A DNA stretch of 64,000 nt from Chlorobiaceae bacterium (GTDB lineage: Bacteria > Bacteroidota > Chlorobiia > Chlorobiales > Chlorobiaceae). The notes under the pieces were generated by a model. The model was given only the letters and a program-made list of their open reading frames with translations, searched no databases and was not told the origin of the DNA. Positions within the stretch are counted from its first letter, which is position 1; each line of letters begins with the position of its first letter. Shown here piece by piece: positions 38,416 through 50,695 of this stretch. The position numbers and the translations under genes were made by a program. The stretch covers positions 45,974 to 109,973 of the forward strand of contig JAAXWQ010000004.1 of the NCBI GenBank assembly GCA_013335115.1, read 5' to 3'.

Positions 38416-38438
38416 GATCAAATGTATTATATTTGATC
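38416..38438. promoter_or_regulatory. Perfect 8-bp-arm palindrome GATCAAAT-N7-ATTTGATC in the divergent umuC / csm promoter region. It overlaps a TAnnTTTG-type element
   Basis: The sequence gatcaaatgtattatatttgatc lies 33 nt upstream of ATG 38471 and 109 nt upstream of the umuC start. It contains TATATTTG (38428..38435) and two GATC sites. Confidence 0.35.
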
Positions 38439-38470
38439 ATCGATTCATCAACCGCTAAACATCACCTACC

Positions 38471-38695
38471 ATGGCAAACAACAACGGCGTTTTCTCGGAC
38501 CTCTTCAATGCTGTCGGCGCCCCTATCCAGAATGTGGCCGACTTTGCAGGCAACACGGCCGCTTCGTTCCTTTCTGTCGCCGAATCGTGCACCAACCTGT
38601 GCGCGACCATTCTTACCAATTCGGTCAACACGGCCACCCAGCTCGTCCAGGGCGTGGCCGATGGTATCTCCAAGGCCGTCGCCCCGAAGCAGTAA
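38471..38695 (+). CDS. Small chlorosome envelope protein, CsmB/CsmF-like (74 aa)
   Basis: MANNNGVFSDLFNAVGAPIQNVADFAGNTAASFLSVAESCTNLCATILTNSVNTATQLVQGVADGISKAVAPKQ has the same length class and the same MAN.N start as the gene at 8351..8572. Its ..APKQ end parallels the ..APKK end there. A strong terminator follows. Confidence 0.6.
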   Translation: MANNNGVFSDLFNAVGAPIQNVADFAGNTAASFLSVAESCTNLCATILTNSVNTATQLVQGVADGISKAVAPKQ

Positions 38696-38719
38696 GCCGA
38701 CGCTTTACCCAAGAAACAC

Positions 38720-38760
38720 AAAAGCCACCCTGGCCATGGTCAAGGGTGGCTTTTGTGTTT
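38720..38760 (+). terminator. Rho-independent terminator
   Basis: aaaagccaccct (38720-38731) pairs with agggtggctttt (38743-38754) and is followed by a T-rich tract. Confidence 0.85.
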
Positions 38761-39109
38761 TATATCGGATTGATAGCTAATAGCCTTCTCGTTAAATATC
38801 GGTATTATTATGAAAATACAGTGCATGGCAGTGCCTGCTGCCATGTCATATTGATGGTATAAATGTATGTATAATGTGGGCGTGAGCAATTATAAGAGGT
38901 GTCATGAATTATGAAGATGAATAAAAAAAGTATGACTTTGACAGAGGTTGTGATGTGGAAAAGAATCGCATGAATTGCCGGTTGTTGGCGGTCGTGTTTT
39001 TATGAGGTAAGTGTGTTTAACTAGTTCAAATAAAAGAAAATAGTATAATTATTATCATGAGTGATGCTCATCGCATTTGGTTAATAATGAATAGGTATAA
39101 CGCTGACGC

Positions 39110-40054
39110 ATGAGGATATTTCGTGGTATGAAAATCAGGATTAAATATGACTTCGACCTTATTTCAACACTCTTCAGCGGGCAGTCTTTCATGTGGTCTG
39201 TGGCTGGTCTTGATGGCAGTTCATTCGCGGCGGTGATTGGTGGTGAGGCCGTTATCCTTAAAAATATACGTCATCAGATAATTGAATTATCGTGCACGGA
39301 AAGCATGTGTGGCGGCCTTGAATCGAATGAGTTTATCCGGCGCTATTTTTCGCTTGATATCGACCGGAACGCCATTTTTCCTGAACAGTTCCGGAGACGC
39401 TACCCTGAATTATGGATGCGGCTTCAGCCGTACATGAAACTGCGGGTCATGCGGCAGGATCCGTTCGAAACCATGGTGACGTTCATGTGCGCCCAGGGAA
39501 TCGGGATGGCCTTGATCCGCCGGCAGGTTTCGATGATCGCCGAGCGTTTCGGCAGGGCGGTCACGGTCGAAACCGATGCCGGCACCTTGAGGCTCCACGC
39601 CTTCCCTGCCCCGTCTGCGCTCGCGGCCGCAGATCCGCACGAACTTGCCCGTTGCACGAACAACAACCGGATACGCGCCGCGAACATCATTTCGATGGCG
39701 CGTGCGTTTGAGTCCGGGGCGCTTGCGCCGGCAACACTTCGCTCTGCGGATCGTCCTCTTGATGCATTAAGGGATGCGTTGTGCCTCCAGGCCGGTATCG
39801 GCATGAAGATCGCCGATTGCATCGCACTTTTCGGTTTTGGCCGGTTCGATGCGTTCCCCATCGACACCCACGTGAAACAGTACCTCCTGGAGTGGTTCGG
39901 CATCGATGAGGCCCGCAAGGGGCTCACGGAAAAGAATTATCGATATCTCCAGGATCAGGCGAAAAACATCCTCGGCGAACGGTATGCCGGTTACGCCGGA
40001 CACATCCTGTTTCATTGCTGGCGAAAGGAGGTCAGGGGGATGACGAGCTACTGA
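39110..40054 (+). CDS. ogg: 8-oxoguanine DNA glycosylase / AP lyase (OGG, HhH-GPD superfamily)
   Basis: 314 aa. Motifs: LFSGQSFMW, DPFETMVTFMCAQGIGMALIRR, and HhH plus catalytic Lys/Asp in LCLQAGIGMKIADCIALFGFGRFDAFPIDTHVKQY. An alternative ATG is at 39128. Confidence 0.82.
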   Translation: MRIFRGMKIRIKYDFDLISTLFSGQSFMWSVAGLDGSSFAAVIGGEAVILKNIRHQIIELSCTESMCGGLESNEFIRRYFSLDIDRNAIFPEQFRRRYPELWMRLQPYMKLRVMRQDPFETMVTFMCAQGIGMALIRRQVSMIAERFGRAVTVETDAGTLRLHAFPAPSALAAADPHELARCTNNNRIRAANIISMARAFESGALAPATLRSADRPLDALRDALCLQAGIGMKIADCIALFGFGRFDAFPIDTHVKQYLLEWFGIDEARKGLTEKNYRYLQDQAKNILGERYAGYAGHILFHCWRKEVRGMTSY

Positions 40055-40137
40055 GCAGGGAACCCCTTCATGCATCAGGGTGTTGCTGTATTCAATGGTA
40101 AAAATGCTGCTCGTGGAAACAATCTCCGGAGATCATT

Positions 40138-41031
40138 GTGAAAACCGTGCTTGTGGCCGGGGCTGCCGGCTATCTCGGAAGGTATGTTGCCGTGGAGTTC
40201 AGGAATCGCGGCTATCGCGTGCGAGCCTTCGTCCGGGATGCCCAAAAGCTGAAATACCCGGGAAACGGGCTTTCGCCGGCGATAGATGATGTCGTGCACG
40301 AATTGTTCGTCGGCGATGCCACCAGGCCGGAAGCGCTTCACGGGCTGTGCGACGGTGTCGATATCGTCTTCTCGTCGATGGGGCTGACCCACCCGGACCG
40401 AAGGCTCACCTGTGAGGATGTCGACCATCTCGGCAACCGCAATATCCTTGACCTCGCCTTGAGGGCAAAAGCAAGGAAGTTCGTGTACGTTTCGGTCTTC
40501 AGGCCCGGGGAGATGACGGGAAGCGATGTGGTCAGGGCACACGAAGGTTTCGTTGATGATCTTCAGGCCTCCGGGATCGATTTTGCCGTGATCCGGCCGA
40601 ATGCCTACTTTTCGGACATGGCGCAGTTCCTGAAGCTGGCCCGTGCCGGCCACATGTTCTGGCTCGGTGACGGCAGCGGCAGGATCAACCCGATCCACGG
40701 CGAGGACCTGGCCATGGTCTGCGTGAACGCGGCAGAGGGTGCCGCACGGGAGATCGAGGTCGGCGGACCCGAGATGTTCACCTACCGGTCGCTGTTCGAG
40801 CTTGCGTTCGAAACGGTCGGCAAAGAGCCCAGGATCACCTTTATACCGCTCTGGATCGGTGAAACCGCCCTGGCCATCCTGCGCATTTTCAGTCCCAAGC
40901 TTGCCGGCTCCGCGGCATTCTTTGTGCAGGTCAACAAGATGGACAATGACGCGCCGCCGTACGGCAGCCATAGATTGAAAGACTATTTCAGGCAGTTCGC
41001 AGATGCGAATTCCGGCAACCCCAAACCGTAA
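40138..41031 (+). CDS. NmrA/DVR-like atypical SDR (plant-type divinyl reductase BciA-like family), paralog 1
   Basis: A GTG start at 40138 lies 6 nt after GGAGA. The sequence MKTVLVAGAAGYLGRYVAVEFRNRGYRVRAFVRD...VDIVFSSMG...KFVYVSVF...FAVIRPNAYFSDM...GDG...NPIHGEDLA...GGPEMFTY is colinear with my recollection of Arabidopsis DVR / Chlorobaculum BciA. Confidence 0.7.
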   Translation: MKTVLVAGAAGYLGRYVAVEFRNRGYRVRAFVRDAQKLKYPGNGLSPAIDDVVHELFVGDATRPEALHGLCDGVDIVFSSMGLTHPDRRLTCEDVDHLGNRNILDLALRAKARKFVYVSVFRPGEMTGSDVVRAHEGFVDDLQASGIDFAVIRPNAYFSDMAQFLKLARAGHMFWLGDGSGRINPIHGEDLAMVCVNAAEGAAREIEVGGPEMFTYRSLFELAFETVGKEPRITFIPLWIGETALAILRIFSPKLAGSAAFFVQVNKMDNDAPPYGSHRLKDYFRQFADANSGNPKP

Positions 41032-41037
41032 CCTTCA

Positions 41038-41919
41038 ATGAAAAAAGTACTTGTCGCAGGTTCGACCGGCTATATCGGGCGCTATGTCGTCCAGGAGCTG
41101 AAACACCGTGGCTATTGGGTCAGGGCCATGGTCCGAGACACGGGTAAGATCAAGCAGGCCGGCCCGCACCTCGAGCCTGCGCTGGCTCCGCTGGTCGACG
41201 AGATCTTCGTCGGCCAGGCTACCCAGCCATCGAGTATCGAAGAGGCCTGTACCGGCATTGATATCGTGTTTTCCTCGCTGGGTATGACCCGCCCCGATTT
41301 CGTCCACTCGTGCTTCGACGTTGACTACAAGGCCAACCTGAACCTGTTGCGCCTCGCCATGAAAGCCGGAGTGAAGAAGTTCGTGTACGTCTCGGTGTTC
41401 AACGCCCACAAGATGATGGAGATCCAGAACATCCAGGCGCACGAGAAGTTCGTGGACGAACTGAGGGCTTCTGGCATCGATTACGCCGTCGTGAGGCCTA
41501 CGGGGTACTATTCCGACATGGCGCAGTTCCTGAACATGGCCCGGAGCGGCATCATGATGACGCTCGGCCAGGGCGACAAACGATCCAACCCGATCCACGG
41601 CGCCGACCTCGCCAGGGTTTGCGTCGACGCCATCGAGGGCAACGATACGGTGATCGAAGCCGGCGGACCCGAGACCTTCAGCTACCGCGAAGTGGCGGAC
41701 CTGGCGGCGGAGGTTGTCGGAAAGCAGCCGTTCGTGGCCTCCGTGCCCATCTGGCTGGCCGACGGCGTGGCCGCCGTGACCGGCTTCATCAACCGCGACA
41801 TCCAGGATATCGCCATGTTCGCTTCCTCGGTCAGCAAGATGGACTCGGTGGCCCCCGCGCACGGCACCCACAAGCTGAGGGACTTTTTCACCGACATGAA
41901 CCGCCAGCAGGGGCATTGA
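41038..41919 (+). CDS. NmrA/DVR-like atypical SDR, paralog 2 (tandem duplicate)
   Basis: MKKVLVAGSTGYIGRYVVQELKHRGYWVRAMVRD...IDIVFSSLG...KFVYVSVF...YAVVRPTGYYSDMAQFL...NPIHGADLA...GGPETFSY. It starts 6 nt after paralog 1 and is colinear with it, with roughly half the positions identical by eye. Confidence 0.7.
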   Translation: MKKVLVAGSTGYIGRYVVQELKHRGYWVRAMVRDTGKIKQAGPHLEPALAPLVDEIFVGQATQPSSIEEACTGIDIVFSSLGMTRPDFVHSCFDVDYKANLNLLRLAMKAGVKKFVYVSVFNAHKMMEIQNIQAHEKFVDELRASGIDYAVVRPTGYYSDMAQFLNMARSGIMMTLGQGDKRSNPIHGADLARVCVDAIEGNDTVIEAGGPETFSYREVADLAAEVVGKQPFVASVPIWLADGVAAVTGFINRDIQDIAMFASSVSKMDSVAPAHGTHKLRDFFTDMNRQQGH

Positions 41920-42099
41920 CCGATGTCCTGGCATCCGGTATTTTTTCGGACATTCGGTTTTTTCAGACGATGTAAAAGTCATACCTTATGAATCACCCGG
42001 GGATAGGGCCGGATAGCTATTGCAGCATCTCGGAACTATCTGTGGAAATATGCCTTACGGCTTTTTTCACGTTACGAACCATCGAGTATACATGCATCA

Positions 42100-45186
<3,087 letters not shown>

Positions 45187-45190
45187 TAGC

Positions 45191-45296
45191 GTGACACGTA
45201 ACGCGTGACAGGTGATGAGTTAAGGGTTGGAAACCAAAATCGTTGCGCTCTTGACTTCTTCGTCCTTGCTGTCCCGGCAGTCCTTGATGTCCTTTT
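45191..45296. repeat. Composite intergenic repeat: a GTGAC-type unit followed by a GTCCTT-type unit
   Basis: gtgacacgtaacgcgtgacaggtgatgag (45191..45219) shares GTGACACGT with 12975..13024 and 35741..35763. cgtccttgctgtcccggcagtccttgatgtcctttt (45261..45296) shares the 14-mer gtccttgctgtccc with 3020..3033. It also resembles gtccctgatgtccctgtc at 49316..49333. Confidence 0.65.
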
Positions 45297-45324
45297 AGTA
45301 AAGTTGAATTATCAAACCAGCACC

Positions 45325-47604
45325 ATGAGTATCGAACCCGAAGTGAACCTCAATCTGGCCAGGGAGCACGGACTGAACGCCGAAGAGTATGACAGGATCG
45401 TCTCCGTACTCGGCCGGATCCCGACCTTCACCGAACTCGGCATTTATTCCGTCATGTGGTCGGAGCACTGCAGCTACAAGAACTCGATTGCCGTGCTCAA
45501 GACCCTGCCGCGCGACGGCGAGTCGCTCTTGACACAGGCCGGCGAGGAGAACGCAGGCCTGGTGGACATCGGGGACGGTCTGGCCGTGGCTTTCAAGATC
45601 GAGTCGCACAACCATCCGTCTGCCGTCGAGCCATACCAGGGTGCTGCGACCGGAGTCGGCGGCATCCACCGCGACATCTTCACCATGGGTGCACGTCCCG
45701 TAGCCTCGCTCAACTCCCTGCGCTTCGGTTCGCCCCGTGACCCGAGGGTCCGTTACCTCGTCGACGGCGTGGTCCGCGGCATCGGCGATTACGGCAACTC
45801 GTTCGGCGTCCCGACCGTCGGCGGTGAGATCTACTTCGAAGAGTGCTACACGGGCAATCCGCTGGTCAACGCCATGTCGGTCGGCCTCGTCGAGCACCAC
45901 ATGACCGTGAGCGCCACGGCCAAAGGCAACGGCAACCCGGTACTGATCGTCGGCTCCTCGACCGGCCGCGACGGCATCCACGGTGCTACCTTCGCCTCCG
46001 AAGACCTCAGCGAAGCCTCCGAAGACAAGCGTCCGAGCGTCCAGGTCGGCGACCCCTTCGCCGAGAAGCTGCTGCTCGAGGCGACCCTGGAAGCGATTGC
46101 AACCGGCGCGGTTTCAGGCTTGCAGGACATGGGTGCGGCGGGACTGACCAGTTCGACCTCCGAAATGAGCGCCCGCGGCATCGAAAAAACCGGTAGCGGC
46201 GGCATCGAAATCGACCTCGACCTCGTACCCGCACGCGAGAACGGCATGACGGCTTACGAGCTCATGCTTTCGGAGTCCCAGGAACGCATGCTCATCGTGG
46301 CCGAGATGGGGCGTGCACAGGAGATCATCGACGTCTACAAGAAATGGGATGTCAGTGCCGTGGTGATCGGGCAGGTGACCGACGACAACCTGTTGCGCGT
46401 CAGCCAGCACGGCAAAGTGGTGGCTGAAATTCCGGCCATGTCGCTCGTGCTCGGTGGTGGTGCCCCGGTCTACACCCGCGAAGCCGTGGAAAGCAAGCCG
46501 GATACTCCCGCAGCCGAAATCATCCCGGACGCATCGCTCGACTTCAGGGCCCTGTCGCTCCAACTGCTCTCCCGACCGAACATCGCGAGCAAACAGTGGG
46601 TTTACCGGCAATACGACTCCATGGTGCAGACCAACACCGTGACCCCGACAGGAAACACCGACTCGGCGGTCATCCGCATCAAGGGTACCCGAAAGGGGCT
46701 CGCCATGAAGACCGACTGCAACTCCCGCTACGTCTACCTGAACCCGAAGGCCGGCGGCTCGATCGCCGTGGCCGAGTGCGCGCGCAACATCGCCTGCTCG
46801 GGCGCCAGGCCGTTGGCCGTGACCAATTGCCTGAATTTCGGTAACCCCTACAAGCCCGAGGTCTACTTCCAGTTCAAATCAGCCGTCCAGGGCATGGGCG
46901 ATGCCTGCCGGATGTTCAGTACCCCGGTGACCGGCGGCAACGTCAGCTTTTACAACGAATCGACCTTCGGCGGCGCTCGCAAGGCCATCTACCCTACCCC
47001 GACCATCGGCATGATCGGCCTGATCGACGACATCGACAACCTGGTGCTTTCGACCTTCCGCCAGGCGGGCGACGCCATCATGCTCCTCGGCGCCCCGGAA
47101 CTGACGCTCGATGGCTCCGAGTACCTGGTGATGCAGTACGGCACCCCCGGCTCCGACTCCCCATCGATCGACCTGCAGCACGAGAAGAACCTGCAGGATC
47201 TCCTCGTTTCGCTCGCCGCCGGCAGGCTCATCAACTCGGCGCACGACATATCGGACGGCGGCTTCTTCGTCGCCGTCGCCGAAAAAGCGATCATGGATCG
47301 CGACAACCTGCTCGGCTTCGACGTCGAGCTGGAGGACGACGGCCGTGGCATGGCGCACATCCAGCACCAGCTCTTTTCCGAGGCGCAGGGTCGCGTCATC
47401 GTCTCCCTCGATCCGGCGAAGGTACAAGCCGTCATCGCCGAGGCAGGACGCCTGGACGTACCGGTTCGTGTGATCGGCAAGGTCCTGGACCAGGGCTGCC
47501 GCATCGCCGTCAACGGACGCACGGTTGCCGAATTCACCACCGGAGAGCTTCTCCATGCCTACGAGCATGCGCTCGAGCACTCCCTGCATCTGGACGAAAT
47601 CTGA
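45325..47604 (+). CDS. purL: Phosphoribosylformylglycinamidine synthase subunit PurL (FGAM synthase II)
   Basis: ATG at 45325 gives [54 protein letters not shown]. It also has [27 protein letters not shown]. The track start at 45205 lies inside the repeat element. Confidence 0.95.
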   Translation: MSIEPEVNLNLAREHGLNAEEYDRIVSVLGRIPTFTELGIYSVMWSEHCSYKNSIAVLKTLPRDGESLLTQAGEENAGLVDIGDGLAVAFKIESHNHPSAVEPYQGAATGVGGIHRDIFTMGARPVASLNSLRFGSPRDPRVRYLVDGVVRGIGDYGNSFGVPTVGGEIYFEECYTGNPLVNAMSVGLVEHHMTVSATAKGNGNPVLIVGSSTGRDGIHGATFASEDLSEASEDKRPSVQVGDPFAEKLLLEATLEAIATGAVSGLQDMGAAGLTSSTSEMSARGIEKTGSGGIEIDLDLVPARENGMTAYELMLSESQERMLIVAEMGRAQEIIDVYKKWDVSAVVIGQVTDDNLLRVSQHGKVVAEIPAMSLVLGGGAPVYTREAVESKPDTPAAEIIPDASLDFRALSLQLLSRPNIASKQWVYRQYDSMVQTNTVTPTGNTDSAVIRIKGTRKGLAMKTDCNSRYVYLNPKAGGSIAVAECARNIACSGARPLAVTNCLNFGNPYKPEVYFQFKSAVQGMGDACRMFSTPVTGGNVSFYNESTFGGARKAIYPTPTIGMIGLIDDIDNLVLSTFRQAGDAIMLLGAPELTLDGSEYLVMQYGTPGSDSPSIDLQHEKNLQDLLVSLAAGRLINSAHDISDGGFFVAVAEKAIMDRDNLLGFDVELEDDGRGMAHIQHQLFSEAQGRVIVSLDPAKVQAVIAEAGRLDVPVRVIGKVLDQGCRIAVNGRTVAEFTTGELLHAYEHALEHSLHLDEI

Positions 47605-47713
47605 ATCCGGGATATTCTTGCCGGGCACTACCTGGGAGCGCCGAGCTCCAGCTCGGCACTGGTGCCGGAGGCGCCAGCGAGTACATGTCGGTTGATCAAA
47701 CAGGGACACGTTT

Positions 47714-49297
47714 ATGAAACCGGTACTTACCGCACGTGAAATGGCCGTGGCCGACCGGGCAGCCATCGAAGAATTGCGCACTGGAGAAACGCGGCTGATG
47801 GAACTGGCGGGCCGTGCGTGTGCCCGCATCGTCGCGGAGCAGTTCAACGCCGCAGGGAACCTCGATGGGCACTCCTTCCTGGTGGTCTGCGGTAAAGGGA
47901 GCAACGGGGGCGACGGGTTCGTGGCCGCCAGGCACCTCCTGAACCGTGGCGCGGAAGTGGACGTCATCCCCGTTTGGCCAGAATCGGAGCTCTCCGGCGT
48001 CAACCTCGAAGGGTTGAATATCCTGAAAGCGTACCGCCGCTACCATGAAGGGCTGCGGATATTCTCCGGCCTCGACGAAGCCCTTCCCCTGGTTCGCGAA
48101 CACTCCTACGATGCCGTGCTTGACGCCCTGTTCGGCACCGGCTTTCGACCAGTCCCTGAGAGTCGTGGCATTGACGAAGCGGCTCGCAGCGCCATCGAGC
48201 TGATCAACAACATGAATGACGCATCAGACGCCGTCACGATCTCGATTGACCTCCCTTCCGGCCTCGACGCCACCAGCGGCATCGCCTCGGTTCCCTGCGT
48301 CAAGGCCGACCAGACCATCACCATGGCCTTCATGAAGACCGGCTTTTTCCAGAACGACGGCCCGGCCATGTGCGGTGAAATCCAGGTAGCCGAAATCTCC
48401 ATCCCGCAGTTCCTTGTTGAACCTTTCTCCTGCATGCTCGTCGACGAAACCTTCGTCGCGGAGAGCTACCTGCTGCGCGACCCTTCCAGTGCCAAGCACC
48501 TGAACGGCAAGGTGCTCATTGTCGGCGGTTCGGCCGATGGGGGCGGTTCGATGCTCGGCGCCGCCATGCTGTGTGCCCGGGCTGCCGTCAGGAGCGGAGC
48601 CGGCTACGTCTGCGCCTCCCTGCCCCAAGGACACGCCGACGCCATGCACGGCTTTGCGCCTGAAGTGGTGGTTATCGGGCGCGAACGGGAGCTGCTGCTT
48701 GAAAAGGCACGCTGGGCAGACGCCATCGTGATCGGGTGCGGACTCGGGAGGAGCCAGGCTTCACAGGACCTGGTCGAAGAGCTCTTCCGGCATCCCGAAA
48801 TCACCGCCAAAAAGCTGGTGCTCGACGCCGACGCGCTCTTCGCGATTGCCGAACGCGGCCTTTTCGACGAACCGCACAGCCTTGAAGACGCCGTCGTCAC
48901 CCCCCATGCCGGAGAATGCAGTCGCCTGTCGGGCCTCACCGCCGAGGAGGTTGCCGCCTCCCCTATCGCCCTTTCGAGGAACCTCGCCTCGAACTGGAAC
49001 GTGAACCTGCTGCTGAAAGGGCGGCCGACCTTTGTCGCCTCGCCTGCGGGCACGGTGCTCATCTCGGACAGCGGCACCGAGGCGCTCGCGACGGCCGGCA
49101 CCGGGGACGTGCTTTCAGGGATGATCGCCACGCTTGCCTCCAAGGGGCTCGATACTTTTGCCGCCGCCGGTGCCGCAGCATGGCTCCATGGCCGCGCCGG
49201 GGACCTCGCCTGCGACGTCTCCAGCCTGGTCAGTTCGACCGATGTGGTCGAATCGATACGCCATGCCGTAATGGAATTGTTCGAAGAGGAAGAGTAA
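47714..49297 (+). CDS. nnr: Bifunctional NAD(P)H-hydrate repair enzyme (epimerase plus ADP-dependent dehydratase), YjeF family
   Basis: The N-terminal YjeF_N domain has FLVVCGKGSNGGDGFVAARHL. The C-terminal carbohydrate-kinase domain has VLIVGGSADGGGSMLGAAML and GTGDVLSGMIATL. Confidence 0.9.
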   Translation: MKPVLTAREMAVADRAAIEELRTGETRLMELAGRACARIVAEQFNAAGNLDGHSFLVVCGKGSNGGDGFVAARHLLNRGAEVDVIPVWPESELSGVNLEGLNILKAYRRYHEGLRIFSGLDEALPLVREHSYDAVLDALFGTGFRPVPESRGIDEAARSAIELINNMNDASDAVTISIDLPSGLDATSGIASVPCVKADQTITMAFMKTGFFQNDGPAMCGEIQVAEISIPQFLVEPFSCMLVDETFVAESYLLRDPSSAKHLNGKVLIVGGSADGGGSMLGAAMLCARAAVRSGAGYVCASLPQGHADAMHGFAPEVVVIGRERELLLEKARWADAIVIGCGLGRSQASQDLVEELFRHPEITAKKLVLDADALFAIAERGLFDEPHSLEDAVVTPHAGECSRLSGLTAEEVAASPIALSRNLASNWNVNLLLKGRPTFVASPAGTVLISDSGTEALATAGTGDVLSGMIATLASKGLDTFAAAGAAAWLHGRAGDLACDVSSLVSSTDVVESIRHAVMELFEEEE

Positions 49298-49340
49298 GGA
49301 AAAAGGACTGAAAGGTCCCTGATGTCCCTGTCTTTCTTCA
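49297..49340. repeat. AAAGGAC / GTCCCT-type intergenic repeat between convergent nnr and the aminotransferase gene
   Basis: aaggaaaaaggactgaaaggtccctgatgtccctgtctttcttca uses the same motif vocabulary as 2950..3050 and 45261..45296. Confidence 0.55.
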
Positions 49341-50549
49341 GCTGCCGTTTGCTTTCAGGAATTTCTTGATATTCCTTGCAGCCTGACGGATTCGCTCCTC
49401 GTTTTCGATCATGGCTACCCTGACGAACTCGTCGCCGTAAGCGCCGAATCCTATCCCCGGGCTGACGGCGACCTTGCCTTCAACCAGGAGCTTCTTGCTG
49501 AACTCGAGGCTGCCCATTTCGCGCAACGGCTCCGGGATCTTTGCCCACACGAACATCGATGCACGCGGGACCACGATGCCCCAACCGGCGTTGGCAAAGC
49601 TTGAAATAAGCACATCTCGACGCTTGCGGTAGACCTCGCTGATCTCGCGGACGCAGCCCTGGTCTTCGGTCAGCGCGATGGTCGAGGCGACCTGGATCGG
49701 GGTGAACATGCCGTAGTCGAGCCAGCTCTTGATTTTCTCGAGGGCGCCAATCAGCTTCGCGTTGCCGACCATGAAGCCGACACGCCAACCGGCCATGTTG
49801 TAGGTTTTCGAGAGGGTATAGCTCTCGACGGCGACGTCCTTGGCGCCAGGTACCTGCAGGATCGACGGGGTCACGTAGCCGTCGAAGGTAATCTCGGCGT
49901 AGGCGATGTCGCTGATGACGTAGAACCGCTCCTTGCGGGCAAGTTCAACCAGGCGTTCGTAGAACGGAAGTTCGACCGTTGCCGTCGTCGGGTTGTTCGG
50001 GAAGTTCACGACGAGGTACTTCGGCTTCGGCGAAGACTCCCTCAGCGCAGTCTCGATGTTGTTGAAGAACGCCTCCTCGTCGAGCGTGTAGTCGTCGTTC
50101 ATCTCAAGTTTCATGCGGTGCACGTTGCCACCCGCCAGGATGAACGCCTGCGAGTGGATCGGGTAGCACGGGTCGGGCACAATGGCCAGGTCACCCGGAT
50201 TGGTGATCGCCTGCACCAGGTGCGCGTACCCCTCCTTCGAACCCATGGTAACCACCACCTCCCTGTCCAGGTCGAGGTCGACGTTGTACTTGTTCCGGTA
50301 CCAGTTGCCGACGGCCCCGCGAAGCTTGTATATGCCTTTTGAGACCGAATACCCGTGCGTCTTCGGCTTGTTGATGCTCTCTACCAGCTTGTCGATGATA
50401 TGCTGCGGGGTCGGGCCGTCGGGATTGCCCATCGAAAAGTCGATGACATCCTCCCCGGCCCTGCGCTCGGCCATCTTCAGTTCGTTGACAGCGGCGAAAA
50501 CATATTTGGGGAGCCTTTTAATCTTGTCGAACTCGATTTCATCGAACAT
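49338..50549 (-). CDS. PLP-dependent aminotransferase, class I (AlaA/AspC-like)
   Basis: 403 aa. Motifs: KRLPKYVFAAVNELKMAERRAGEDVIDFSMGNPDGPTP, FPNNPTG-like (NFPNNPTTA), and the PLP-Lys context YTLSKTYNMAGWRVGF. Confidence 0.88.
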   Translation of the reverse strand: MFDEIEFDKIKRLPKYVFAAVNELKMAERRAGEDVIDFSMGNPDGPTPQHIIDKLVESINKPKTHGYSVSKGIYKLRGAVGNWYRNKYNVDLDLDREVVVTMGSKEGYAHLVQAITNPGDLAIVPDPCYPIHSQAFILAGGNVHRMKLEMNDDYTLDEEAFFNNIETALRESSPKPKYLVVNFPNNPTTATVELPFYERLVELARKERFYVISDIAYAEITFDGYVTPSILQVPGAKDVAVESYTLSKTYNMAGWRVGFMVGNAKLIGALEKIKSWLDYGMFTPIQVASTIALTEDQGCVREISEVYRKRRDVLISSFANAGWGIVVPRASMFVWAKIPEPLREMGSLEFSKKLLVEGKVAVSPGIGFGAYGDEFVRVAMIENEERIRQAARNIKKFLKANGS

Positions 50550-50695
50550 GGCGGTACTATCCGGGAAAACTGGTTGAAGTGGTTTCTCAGGAAACCATCA
50601 GAAAAAACTTGTAAGGAACATCATAAACAAAAAGAGCCTTATCTCCATGTCATGGGGCTTTTTTTTCATCGTTCGGGGCAAGGAGCCGGCTCCGC

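Noticed and set aside
38308-38470. A umuD / LexA-like S24 peptidase gene upstream of umuC
   Set aside because: Only 163 bp of non-coding DNA lie there before the divergent chlorosome gene, and there is no ORF of suitable size in any frame.
38904-38973. Mini-ORFs MNYEDE* and MKMNKKSMTLTEVVMWKRIA* in the AT-rich patch, considered as leader peptides or toxins
   Set aside because: AT-rich sequence generates ATG and stop codons by chance. There is no hydrophobic toxin-like profile, no convincing coupling to a downstream gene, and no evidence beyond the presence of an AAGAGG upstream.
40075-41982. 298-aa and 315-aa minus-strand ORFs
   Set aside because: Antisense to the two DVR-like SDR genes, whose + strand translations carry clear Rossmann motifs.
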